DNA of 64,000 nucleotides from NCBI RefSeq assembly GCF_016432865.1, contig NC_067403.1:200074001-200138000 (forward strand), read 5' to 3'. The DNA is from Antechinus flavipes (taxonomy: Eukaryota). This document shows positions 22,801 to 36,705 of this stretch, one piece after another. The notes beneath the pieces were generated by a model, which searched no databases, was not told where the DNA came from, and saw only the letters and a program-made list of their open reading frames with translations. The translations under genes were made by a program, and so were the position numbers. Position 1 is the stretch's first letter; each line of letters begins with the position of its first letter.

Positions 22801-25800
22801 CGTGGGGGAGCCTCCCCCTTAAATTAGGCATAAATGAGACGATGTTACTGGGGGCACTGAGGAATGTGGGATGGGAAGGAGAGGGAGGAAGGTGGAGGTG
22901 GAAAGTGACTTCTGTCTTTGGCTTGTTGGCTGCAGAGCTGGGGCCAGGTCCATGGCATCCTGAAAGGAACCAACCTTTTCTGTTACCGACATCCTGGGGA
23001 AGCTGGCACTCAGGAAGACCCATTGTTCACCATTGCAATCAACAAGGTGACGATGGCAGCCGGGGTGCCCTGAGGCGTGGGGGGCTCAGAGAGGAGAAAC
23101 CCTGTTAAACCTCGGAACTGGACCCTGGGCAGAGGCGGCTTCCATTCGTGGAAGGCTTAAGGATGAAAAGTGCCGGACATGGGCCCCCTGACCTCAGGGA
23201 GCCCAGCTTGCCTCCACACAGAGCAACTTCTTGGAAATGAGCCATCCCAGGATGCTCCCTGCCTAGATCCTCTGGTCTCACATCCACCTGGGACCTTCAG
23301 AGTGTGATGTGGCTCCTTACTAGGATTCTGAGGCTCGGCTTCATTACGGAAATGACTTCGGGCCTTTCCTCTGTTTACAAATCTCCAACTTCCTTTGTTG
23401 CTTTGTCTCTCCCTATACCCCCCCCCTTTTTTTTTCTTCCCTCCCTTTCTTTCTCTTGCTTTTTCTCTTTCCTCTTTTCTTTTCCCTCCTCTCCCTTCTC
23501 TCTCTTCCTCTCCCTTTTTCTTCCCCCATTTCTTCTTCTCCTCCTTCCCTTTCTCTTCTCTCCTCCCCTTCTTCCTCTTGCCTCTGTCTCTTCTTCCTTC
23601 TTTCCCCTTTTCTTCCATTTCTTGTCCTTCCTCTTTCTCTTTTTCTCTTCCCCATCTACTTCTTTCCCCCTTCTTTCTTCTACTCTTTTCTTCCACTTCT
23701 TTTCCCTTTTCCCCCACTGCTTTCTTTCTCTTGTTTTTTTCTTCTCTCTTCTTCTTCCCTTTTCCTTCTTTCCTCCCTTTCCCTTTCTCTTGATTTTTCT
23801 TCTCCCTCTTCTTTCTCCCTCCATCCTTTTCTCCTCCTCTATCTCCCCCTTCTTCCTGCTTTCCCCTTTTCTTCATTCTCTTGCTTTTTCTCCTCTCATC
23901 TTTTTTCCTCCTTCTGTCTTCCCTTTACCTTTTCCCCCTCCTTCCATCTCTCTTCCTTTCTCTTGACCTTTTTCTCTCCTACTCTTCTTGTTTTCCCCCT
24001 CCTTTCTCACTTTCTCCCTTCCCATTCCTTCCCCCTTTTTCCTTCTTTCCCCTTTCCCTTCCTTTCTCTTGCTCTATTTCTCCTCCCCATTTCTTCACCC
24101 CTTCTCCTTCCTTTTCTCCCTTCCTCTCATTTTATCTTTTCTCTTCCCTTTTCCCTCCTTTCAGCACTCAATCTTCTGTCACTTGGTCCAATCTTACTCT
24201 TCTAGATTTTCTTCCCTTCTTTCACAGGGATTCCTCAACTATTTTAGGTCATGGTACCTTTTGGCTGTCTGGTGACCTCCTTCTCAAACCCCTTTCTCAG
24301 AGTATCACTCTGTTATATTAAAAAAAAAGAAATTAAACATATAGGATAACAAAGAAAACCACTGATATTGAAATCCAGTCACATTTTTCCAAACAAGCTC
24401 TGAGACCTGGTTTTAGGAGGACCTTAGGAGAGACTGCAGTTGGGTGGCTGCCCTGTTTCTCCCTCTGTTTTGACTCCAGCTCCCTCTTTGGCCTCTCATG
24501 CTCTGTGAAATCTGGGCCTCAGATTTCTTAGCTGTAAAATGTGGGGGATGGAAGAGGATTGGATTTGAGACTTAAAGTCCAAATCTCAGTCCAAATTATC
24601 TTATCCTTCCCTTTCTGTCATGCTTCTTGTCAAATATCTCCTTAACTTCTGATCCTGTCTGGCCTTGGGTTCAAAACTTCTGGTCAGAGAGATGTACTAG
24701 TAACTGATTATGTCACCACTTGGCTGGACACTCCATGGGAGAGGGTTCCCCCCAAAAAAGGGAATCGGAGAGACCAGGAGGTGAATCTGGGACATGGGTT
24801 GGGCCTCAACTTTTACGCTTTCCCCAGGAGACTCGGGTCCGGGCTGGAGAGCGGGACCAGAACCTGGGGGGATCCCTCACCCTCAGCATCAGTAACCGGT
24901 ATGGGGGAGATGAAGTGACCCACACATTGCACATGGAAAGCCGGGGAGTCCTACAGCGCTGGATGGAGGCTTTGTGGCAGCTCTTCTTTGACATGAGTAA
25001 ATGGGTATAGGGTGTTTCTGGGGTGGGGTGGGGGCTAAGGCCTTTGGTGCTCCTAGGGGCCTCCATAGATGGGGTTAATGGTCTACAGCCCTCCCATATG
25101 GAGGCGCTTAAGGGTTGGGAACAGGTCGGGGAGGCTGCAGGGCTGCCTGATCAGCTCCTAAGACTGGAGGACAGCCTGACAGGATTTCTGTCTCTAGTTG
25201 ATTTTTTTTTCCTGGGGTAATGGTGGTTAACTGAGTTTCCAGGGAACTGGGCACACAGCGAGGAAGTGTTAAGTGTCTGAGACCACTGACCAGTTGATTT
25301 TGAAGGGTTTGTTGGAGAAGGAAGCCAGAGTGAGATCTAAGTGGCTGACCCACCACGGCCTGCACCCAATTTCTCCCCTTCTTTAGGCCAGTGGAAACAA
25401 TGCTGCGATGAACTCATGAAGATAGAAGTGCCTCCTCCACGCAAACCTCCCCCTGCGCTGGCCAGGCAAGGCTCGCTCTACCATGAGATGGGTAAGAGGG
25501 ACTCCACTTATGGAAACCGGAGGGAGGTGGGTACTCCCAAGACCCAGGGAATGGAGATGGGGGGATCGAAAGGGTCCCCGGCTTGGGCACATCATCTTTG
25601 AGCAGAAGTGATATCCAGTCCGCTTTCCTTCCTCTCTGGTCATTCTCTCCTCATTCATTCATTCACCTCCAGTTCTATCCTATCCTCGAGACCCATTGTC
25701 ACCTATGACCCCTCAGACCACTTAGTCCCCCACCTCTGACTCTCTTCTCAAACCCACTTACCTCTGACCCTGACCCACTCACTCCACTTCTCTTCGCAGA

Positions 25801-26790
25801 CATACTCACCTTTGACCTTCTCAGACCTACTTACATCTCTACCTCTCTCTTCTCAGACCCTACTTATCCTCTCACCTGACCTTCTCAGACCCACTCACCT
25901 CTGACCCTCTTCTCAGACCATTCCCCTCCCCCCTTACCTCTAACCCTCAGACCCACTCATCCCTCCATCTCTGACCCCCTTCTCAGACCCCATCCCGTGA
26001 CCTTTCCCAGGCCCCTGCTATCACACCACCAGGCCGGTTCCCAGACCTCTCACCGTCTCTGCTCTTGGCTCCCCCCTAAAATGGTTTCTTTCTGTAGAGC
26101 TCTCTAGGCCTTTCCCCCCCTAATGTCTCCTTTTCTGTCTCTTCCTCATGCCGTCTGGCCTCCGGGCCACTTTCCTTTCCTGGTTCCTCCTCTCCCCTCC
26201 CCCTTCCCTCAGCCTTGGTCCCAGGGGGCCCAGGCGAGGGGCTACTGCTCCAGGATAATGCTGTATCAGCCGAGATCCGGGCCCTGCTCTCCTCCTATTA
26301 CAGCGACAGGTGACAGCTGGCCTGCTGGCTGGGAGGGGGCCTGGGGGGTTGGGCTGGTGCAGAGCCAGTCTGGGGCTGAAGCTCTGATGTGTACTCCACC
26401 CCCGCATCCCCTCCCGGTGCTGCAGCTATTGAACCCCTCGATGACATCGCCACAGTGACGGACATCCTGGCAAAGCGGGAGGGGCCCCCCCTGGATGTTC
26501 CCCCACCCTGGCTGGCATTATTTACAGAGAAGCTGCCCTCCTCCAAGCTCCCAGCCCGGGCCCCCAGAAGCCCCTCTCCGCCCCGTGCCTGCCCCGGCCC
26601 CCGAGCCACTCCCTGGGGCCGGCCTCGCACCCTCTCCCTGGACGCTGCTGCCCGAGGCCGCCCTCCTCTTCCTCCCCGCTCCAGCTCGAGTTCCAGCTCG
26701 GGCTCTGGAAGCCCCGCACCCCGACAGCGGTCCCCTCCAGCCCGGGGGTTCCGGGCGAAAGCCCGGCCCTGGCTCCAGTCACCTGTGTGA
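10885..26790 (+). CDS. RTKN: Rhotekin (HR1, anillin-homology and PH domains), 572 aa from first exon 1a, 12 exons
   Basis: Exons 10885-10995, 18815-19014, 21103-21164, 21350-21403, 21553-21670, 21854-22075, 22340-22434, 22556-22662, 22936-23046, 24828-24996, 25387-25491, 26426-26790 (1719 nt, GT-AG, phases compatible). MFSRNHRSRVTVARGS, DTELQRKLDHEIRMREGACKLLAAC, C-terminal PDZ ligand QSPV*. Confidence 0.96.
11820..11995. mobile_element. Old DNA-transposon/MITE-like fragment (hAT-like; family not certain)
   Basis: Shares tttaaatgcataaaataaaat and flanking similarity with 28590-28900. Confidence 0.35.
13458..13529 (+). CDS. RTKN: RTKN alternative first coding exon 1b
   Basis: MQDRLHILEDLNMLYIRQMALSLE then GAG|GTAATA; phase 0 to exon 2; matches a recalled short RTKN isoform N-terminus. 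Confidence 0.9.
15638..15661 (+). CDS. RTKN: Candidate RTKN alternative first coding exon 1c (MDGAGEGR)
   Basis: In a CpG island; AGCATGG Kozak; 24 nt then a GTAAGT donor (15662-15667); phase 0 joins DTELQRK. Confidence 0.6.
16746..16776. repeat. (TG)n microsatellite
   Basis: Interrupted TG run in RTKN intron 1. Confidence 0.9.
18115..18545 (-). mobile_element. L1 3'-end fragment
   Basis: T-rich tail and 3' UTR sequence shared with the L1 ends near 48.5, 49.7 and 63.6 kb. Confidence 0.7.
19478..19592 (-). mobile_element. WSINE1-like marsupial SINE
   Basis: Reverse complement of gagcagctaggtggtgcagtggatagagcaccagccctgaag...gtgaccctgggcaagtcacttaatcccaattg. Confidence 0.8.
20630..20770 (-). 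mobile_element. MIR-like SINE fragment
   Basis: ccccattgtatagatggggaaactgagtctcagagaag...gtgacttgcc core. Confidence 0.65.
23390..24165 (+). repeat. ~780-bp homopyrimidine (CT-rich) low-complexity tract in RTKN intron 9
   Basis: Almost only C and T on the plus strand; it produces the spurious F/S/L/P and K/E/R/G ORFs in the ORF track. Confidence 0.95.
25690..26030 (+). repeat. Degenerate minisatellite, unit ~26-30 bp (CTTCTCAGACCCACTCACCTCTGACC), about 10 copies
   Basis: Recurring ttctcagacc and cctctgacc motifs in RTKN intron 11. Confidence 0.8.
26213..26309 (+). CDS. RTKN: Candidate RTKN cassette exon encoding an alternative C-terminus
   Basis: Strong acceptor ccttccctcag, ~100-nt AG-free pyrimidine zone, donor AG|GTGACA. 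Reads ALVPGGPGEGLLLQDNAVSAEIRALLSSYYSD in the phase left by exon 11, then SY* in the last exon. Confidence 0.7.
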
Positions 26791-27150
26791 GGGCTTGTAG
26801 GAGGGGGTGCTGCTGGAAACAGGGCAATGCTGAAAGAGGAATGGCCTTCCGAGGTCACTCAAGGGAGTGTTGTCAGGGGGTGGTCAGTGGTGCCACTGAG
26901 GAGGGCCTGGGGTGGCCAGCTTCACGCCCGGCTCTGTGGGGCCTGGGTGAGGGCAAACCCTCCCGTGAGGTCCCCACCGGGGGCCTTGTCCACGGCTGGC
27001 TGGCGGACCCCAGCTACTTCCTGAGAGAAAACTGGAACCCCCAGCCCAGATGCACTACCCCACCTCGGGCGAGAGGGAGCGAGGCTCTGGAAGGAGGGAG
27101 CTGGGACGCCAAGAGGGTGCCTGTCCCCCTTGCTCCCCCCCAATGCAGTC

Positions 27151-27167
27151 ATTAAAATCTATTTAAT
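27151..27167. terminator. Bidirectional poly(A) element for RTKN (+) and possibly WDR54 (-)
   Basis: ATTAAA-atcta-TTTAAT between the convergent stops; a more proximal minus-strand TATAAA is at 27312-27317. Confidence 0.6.
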
Positions 27168-27448
27168 GCCATGGAGTCAAGCCTGAGTGTCTTAGAAGTA
27201 GCAGGGAAAGGGGGGAATGAGGAGGAAAAGGGAGGGGGCTCCAGGAAAAGTCCTGTAGTCACCACAGCTTAAAAAAACCAGCCAGACAGAGGTCAGGGGT
27301 CATAGCCTACCTTTATATACAACTGTGGGGGTTACCGCTTCGCAAGTGACAGATGGAGGGGAAAGCCCCCATGCTAATCGGGGCCAGGACCTGGGGGAAG
27401 CCAAGTCAGAGCTGATGTCAGTCCTGTCTGCTGCTCCTCCTCCTCCTC

Positions 27449-30419
27449 TCACACACAGCTGTATCTGAGGATCTCTGCCAGGTCATAGCCAGTCACAGCA
27501 AAGGAGGAGCCCCTGAGGTCGCAGAAGCGGGCTCCACACACCTGAGTGTCAGTCACACATTCTGCATGGCAGTGCTCCACCTGGGGGGCCGGGGAGGGAG
27601 GTCAGAGGCGCCCCGGGGGCCAGGGTCCCTCCCCCTCGAGACGCTGCCCCGCCCCGATACAGACCTCAATGCAGCCGCTGTCGGGATTTCTGCTTAGCTT
27701 CCAGATATGCACAAAGGAGTCTTCAGCCCCCGAGAGCAGCTGTGGGAGAGGGGAAGCGGGGCTGAAGGGCCGGCAGGGTGATGTCCAGGCAGACGCCTCC
27801 AATGGGGCAAGAGGCCTAGAAGGTGGTCACCCAGGGCCCGGGCCCACTCACCTTGCCCGCCTCGGGTGCCAAGTCAAGGGCGCAGATCCCACGGGCGTGG
27901 GCGTTGATCTGGACGTGCAGGGCCCCGGAGCTGGCTTCGTAGATGCGGATCTGCCCGTCCCCATAACCGGCAGCTACACTGCCCTGCCACAACTGCACCG
28001 AGGGGCAGGGGGTCCTGGGAGGAGAGAAGGACTGGGCTGGCCTCCCATCTAATCCTGACCCACCCTGACCCAGCTCCCCTTCTTAAGCCTCCCATACCCA
28101 AATCCTGAGATTCGGGTCAGCAGCTTAAATTCTGGCCCTGACTTCCAGACACACAGAAGGCCGGAGTCGTCAGCTGTCACCACATCAGCTACACAGTCCT
28201 GAGGGAGCAAAGGCAGTGGGTCACCCCCCAGGGTCACCTCCCATCCAACTCATCAGCCACTGACCGCTGACAGATGGACTGACAGCCTTCTGGATTCATC
28301 CCTTTCCCAGCCAGACTTAGAGCAGCAATAGCAACCTTCAGAGCCAGGATTTCCCTGGAATTTCTTAACATTCCTGGAAGATGGCGGGTGCCATGGTTTC
28401 CCTTGGAAAGTAACCCCGAGGCCCAGAGAGAGAAAATGGCCCAAGAGGCCTCTTGGATGAGGACATGGGTTTCTTGAGTTGTAGGCAATCTGAGCTTTCT
28501 CCCACTCCCAATCTGAGGCAGGCGGCGCACTATGGCAAGTATGTGGGGATGCAGCAAGTCTAAGCCATAAATCTGGTTATCTCAATGTCAGGGACTCTTT
28601 GTATTTATTGTGACCCCTTGGCTTCCTTCTCAGAATAATTTTTTTTCTGAATGTATGTTTTTTATTCATTATTGTTTTTAAAATTTAGAAACATTCCAAT
28701 AGTTTGTAATAAATGAATGAAGATAGGTTGGGGATTAAATTGAAATAGGCTATTTACGATACTTATCCTATACTCTATACAATTCTCTATAGAATAATTT
28801 TAAATGCATAAAATAAAATACAGAAGATTACCAATGACATCAATTATTATGACATATGGTGATCAAGATTTTTTTTTAAAGTTTCCAAACCTCCAGGTTA
28901 AGAGCTCCTAATCTACACTGTGAGGCAGAGTACTCTGTGACAACATAATTAGGTACTATGTTGCAGAACATTGACCCTAAGTGAAAAATAGCCATTTCTA
29001 GGAAAGATTATATAAACTGCATTATTGGAACTGTGGTAAATGGAAGGACTGGATGAGAGGGACAAAAATGGGGCCATCACCCTTTGACAGGAAGGTTTTG
29101 GACAGTGAGAGAAAAGACTATGGAATTAACAGCGCTAGCTTAAAGGAGCTCGACCCCTTCAGTGGAAGGACGAGGCAGTTGAGACTTGGCTTTGTCCCAT
29201 GTTCCACTGCTATAAACCAGCCAGGAGCAGAAGGCGGCTCTGTGGAGGCTTTCTCCCCAGGCTCTTTCCATGGAGGGGAAACGTGGTCTAGCAGATTTAG
29301 AGTTGGAAGACCCGGATTCCTAAGCCGGCTTAGACATTTGCTGAGTGACTCTGAGGTTGCATACGTTGTCCTCCCAAGGTCACCCCTGGGATCTTCCCAC
29401 CCCACAGAAGGGGCCCTTACCTGACCCTGAGCAGGCTCTGCCGCGATGTCCGTGATTGGCGCCTGGTGCACATCCAGCTCCTCACTCAGCACAATGTTGG
29501 GCCCTTTAACTGGGACATCAAACACCAGGACCCGGCCAGACCACGTTCCTGTGGCCAGGCCACAGTGAACCTCACTTCCTCTCCAGCCAGCCTTCTACTT
29601 AGTCCCGCCATTAACCAAGCCCTGGGAGTCCCTCCCACCCCTGGGCTCTCCCACCTGGCCCACACCCCTTTCCCATCTCCTCCCCAAGGCCTCCTCACCC
29701 ACACAGATGTAGTGGCCACTGGCAGCAATTCCTCGGGCAAACAGGGCCTGCACTGAGATAGGAGGGTCACTGACTGCTCCTCACGAGCCCAGTCTGTGCC
29801 CCTCGCTCTCCCCTCCCGGCACAGCCCACTCCCCGCCCTTCGGTACCTGGGGAGGCGTCAGTGGAGTCCAGGGCGTGCCAGTACACCATGACAGAGCCAT
29901 CCGACTCATATATCTGGGGTGGGGGGTGACACAAGTGAAAGGTCAGGGGTTAAGCCCTGGGGGGAGGGGAGCCCCCCGGATGTCAGCCTGGCCGTCCCCA
30001 GGTACAAGGAACATGTCCTTTTTTCTGGTTCACCTGTATGCCTCTCTGTGAAGTCAAAACCAGCAGCACCCGGAAGGGCAGCACGCACCAGTAGGCCTGA
30101 GGAGAAATCAATGGGCGTCGGGAAGGTTACAAGGATCGGGCCCCTTGGAAGAACGTCAGGCCCCAGGAGGCTCGGCTTCTCCCGGGTCGGCACTCACCTG
30201 GGTGATGAGCGGGAAGCCCGGCCCGGCCCCATCTTTAGTGTGCAGCTGACGCTGGGACACGGGAAGGCCGTCGGGGGCGGCACTGAGGAGCTGGGCAGTG
30301 GGCCCGTGGACCAACGCAAACTGGGTCAGGCCCGGGGCGGGCAAGGGCAGCACGCAAAGGTTGTTGTACAGGGCCGCGGGGCAGGACCGCATGGGCACGG
30401 GGCGTTCCCTGCGGTACAT
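27449..30419 (-). CDS. WDR54: WD repeat-containing protein 54, 334 aa, 9 coding exons
   Basis: Exons 30419-30198, 30096-30034, 29913-29847, 29752-29699, 29548-29421, 28198-28098, 28014-27852, 27739-27665, 27580-27449 (1005 nt, GT-AG). Motifs NNLCVL, WCVLPFRVLLVLTS, VTADDSGLLCVWKSG, VQINAHARGICALD, FAVTGYDLAEI. Confidence 0.96.
28590..28900. mobile_element. Old DNA-transposon/MITE-like fragment
   Basis: Similar to 11820-11995 (cttctcagaataat, taaatgcataaaataaaata). Confidence 0.35.
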
Positions 30420-30699
30420 CCTGCAGGTGGGGCCCGGGGAGGTGCGGGAAGTCCTGGGGAAACAAAGGCGGGTTCTCAAGCCTGAGAGGCAGCAGGCCGT
30501 GGCAGAGGGCCGGCCACTGTGCTATGAGGCCAGACAGAGCTTATCGCGGCCATTATTCTTATCCCTAAGTCACAGGTTAAAAACAGGGTTAAAGGATTTG
30601 CCCAGGGTCACAATGCTAGTAAGCCCTGAGGCTGGATTTGAACTCAGATCATTTTGACACTAGGTGCAGAGTCCTACCTACTGCACCGCAAACCGGGGT

Positions 30700-31487
30700 G
30701 GGGGTGGGGTGGGGGTATCCCGAGGATGGAGGAGATAGGGACGAGGGTGATTAAATACGTAGAGGGGTCAAAGGGGACGTAGAATGGTTACTCCAGGGGG
30801 GGTGTTTGAGGGCCGGACGGATGAATGAGTTCACGGGGGGGGGGGGGGGGGGGGGGGGCTGTGCATCCGTGGAAGGGGTCTGGGGAACACCAGCCCAGGG
30901 GATGCTGAGGGGGAAAGACACAGGCTTCTGACTGGACACGTGGACAACAACAAGACTCGCACTTGCGCAGTAGGGCCGCGGAGGGACACCGAGGCTGAAG
31001 GGGTCCGCGATTTCGCGGCACCGACTCCCGGAGGGGGGGGGGGGGGGGGTCGGGACTCACGGGAAGGCGACGTGGGAGCGGGAGCTTGAGTCAGACTTGG
31101 GGGAAAGGGAAGGGGACGGTCAGATTAGGGCCCAGACCCCTCCCACCGGAGCGCGGTTATTTCCCCACCTCCCCAGCCCGGGTTAGACTTCCCATCCAGA
31201 CCTTCCTGCTCTGCCCCGGCCGCGGCACCGCGCCTCACTTGGCTAGTCAGTCCCCGCATTCGTCGCCGCCATGGAGACGACGCACAGGGCGCCGCGGTGG
31301 TGTTACGTCATACGCTGGGCTGCCGCGCGGCTGAGCGGGAGCCCGGCAGGGCGGGCCTACGCCTGGCACCGCCCACGGTTGCCGGGTGACCGTTAGGCGG
31401 CGTTGCTGAGGGAAGCGTAGTGAGGGGACTGAGGCTGAGGCCCATAAGGAAAGCCCCAGTCCCACCAGACTCCCGCGGCCGGTGTCC
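30700..31487. promoter_or_regulatory. Bidirectional CpG-island promoter WDR54 (-) / C2orf81 (+)
   Basis: Head-to-head genes; X-box-like GCCGCCATGGAGAC (31265-31278) and GTTGCCGGGTGAC (31378-31390); CRE-like TTACGTCA (31303-31310); candidate WDR54 non-coding exon 1 donor (minus GTGAGT) at 31060. Confidence 0.7.
30835..30858 (+). repeat. Poly-G tract (G24); a second G17 at 31033-31049
   Basis: Read directly from the sequence. Confidence 0.85.
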
Positions 31488-34400
<2,913 letters not shown>

Positions 34401-34485
34401 ATGAAGGCTGTGAGTCCTTCAGTGGCATTCTGATCCCATCTGACACCACGCTGAAACCCAAATCCTACTATGCCTACCTCCCTGC

Positions 34486-34491
34486 AATAAA
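34486..34491 (+). terminator. C2orf81 poly(A) signal AATAAA
   Basis: 85 nt after the stop. Confidence 0.75.
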
Positions 34492-36181
34492 TACTTGTGG
34501 GGCCCTAGATGTTAGGCTGGTGTATCCCTCACCACTATCTCGGTAATCCCCCCAAAAGGGCATTGATCTCTCAAGTCCAAAGGCCCTTCAACACAGTTTT
34601 CCCTGCCTTTAGGTGTCCTCCATTCAAATGAAAGAGACATTCCTCCCTGCCAGCAGGTAAAAAACATCCACACTCATAGGAAACACAGACTGAGTCAAAA
34701 GTATTCCTAATACTGGGAAACCACTATTATGTTAGAGAAACAAAGACTTTGTTGGAAAATGACTACTCAGAGACCATCCAGACAAATCTATTAAAGCAAG
34801 AGTGCCCTTAACATTCCTATTAACCTTTATGTGAAGACCTCTAGGGAAGGGAAGGACTCATTCCACTTTGTGTTCTGACTAATGGTAAGAACTTTTCCCT
34901 TAACATCCTTAAAACCAAAATCCTTAAAACCATTGAAGTCAAGAACAAATATTTGCTCTTCTTTACTAGAATTCAGACACTTGAAAAACAAGTTATATTT
35001 CCAACTATTTTTATACAACATGAACTTTGCTATTCTGGGTGATTTAGCTCTGGATATGTTCTAGTTTAATGTATTTTCTAAAATGTGACCCTCAGAACTG
35101 GACTGCAAACTGGTCTGCCCAGGCCAAGTGAGCTTTTATTGTGTATTCTAGGTACCAGGCCTCTCTGGGTAGCTTAGGGTTCCATTATCTTCTCTAGCAG
35201 TCACGTCATGCTCATCTCCAGCTTTGGTCAGCTAAAATGACTAGATCTTATGTCTCCCCTATTCTCTACTCAGTTGTTTAAAAAAAAAATTATTTGCCAA
35301 TCTACCATCCCTATGTTGAATCCTTCCTTGCTCAAACAATAAAACAGTTAAGCAAGCTTAGCCACAACTATGTGTCAATAGATAAAATATTTTTCTCCTG
35401 AACTCTTTTCTCCTTTTTACAAAGAGGAAATCTCCAAGACCAAGACTGGTAATCATTGGAGTTTATTTAAATTTAGCTTTTAAGAATTTGTCTCAAGATA
35501 GATTCAGTCTATCAAGCTGTGGAGATTTGGATGCAGATTTGACCAAGCTGGTTATCTTCCCAATTTTGTGTTGCCTGTGGAGTTGAACAACATAGTGCCT
35601 TGTACATAATAGATGCATTGTCAAATATCTGTCAAATTATAATCCAAGATTATACATATGTTTAATGTATATAACATATATGTTATATGTAATATACAAC
35701 ATGAAGCCAAATACAGCTACTTGGAGCATTTCATTAGAGGCCTCCCACCAAGCTGACTAAATTTATCAAACAACTTTACCTGAATTCAAAATTGAAACAA
35801 TTACAATCCCAAGAATTTTTACCTCAAATGGCAAGTTTCACTAGTTGTAGTTTAGGATTAGATACAATTTTACTCATGGAGTTGCAATAAAGTTTACCAG
35901 GACACTTACACATATTAGCAGTTTTTTTTTTCCTAAAGTGTAAACGCATACCAGTGTAAAGATCATTAGAAATTGCTTCTATAGAGTATAAAGTTCTCAA
36001 ATTCTCAATAACCCAGTTTCATTGTTTAGGAATTCCATAGCTCATGATAAGCTCTCTTCACAGGACTCGTATCTTTATCCAAACAAGTGGTTTCAGGAAC
36101 CTGACAAATTTATAAAAGGTGAATTGTTTTCTCTACCTTTTCTCACAACCAATTTGAACCTTTTCCCATAATTTTTCTAGT

Positions 36182-36705
36182 TGTAAGGGATGCAGAAGAC
36201 CCTTACCCAAAATGATTACCCAAAAATCACTCAGAAAGCAGAAAGGTTATTAAAATCTCCAGAGGATGAGCCGTCCCATCACAAGATAAGAGAAAGCTCA
36301 TGGTAGGAGAGCTAAAGAAGATACACAGTTTTTATACAAGAGATTACAAGTAAAAGAGCACTGAGAAGGGGAGGGGGAGTCATCTAATTGGTTGTTGCTA
36401 GCCAGAGAGATTAGAATGGAAGGTTTCTGCAAAATCACCTAATTTCTAGGAACAAAATCAAGCCTTCAGGCTTAATCAAGCAGATAGTGGTCAAGCTAAT
36501 AGACTAAATATCGATAAATATCAAATACTGATAAATATCATCTCAGATAAGTAAATATGTTTCTAGATGGCCAAGGTTCAAGTACATATGGGCCTGCACA
36601 TGTTAATACAGGTCATAGGAGAAACACAGAAATAATGAAAATAAAATACGGAAAAAATTCATACATTCCTATAAGTTCTTCACCTTTATCTCTCTATTCC
36701 ACACA
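36182..36705 (-). mobile_element. ERV LTR (3' LTR of a minus-strand element)
   Basis: TGT...ACA termini; a minus-strand polypurine tract (aaggaggggaa) abuts it; its core recurs at 42164-42334 and 43850-44020. Confidence 0.7.

Noticed and set aside
23157-24321. Lys/Glu/Arg-rich and Phe/Leu/Ser-rich ORFs up to 249 aa
   Set aside because: Artefacts of the homopyrimidine tract.
25690-26030. Repeat array considered as CRISPR-like
   Set aside because: Eukaryotic intron, degenerate units, no unique spacers and no cas genes.
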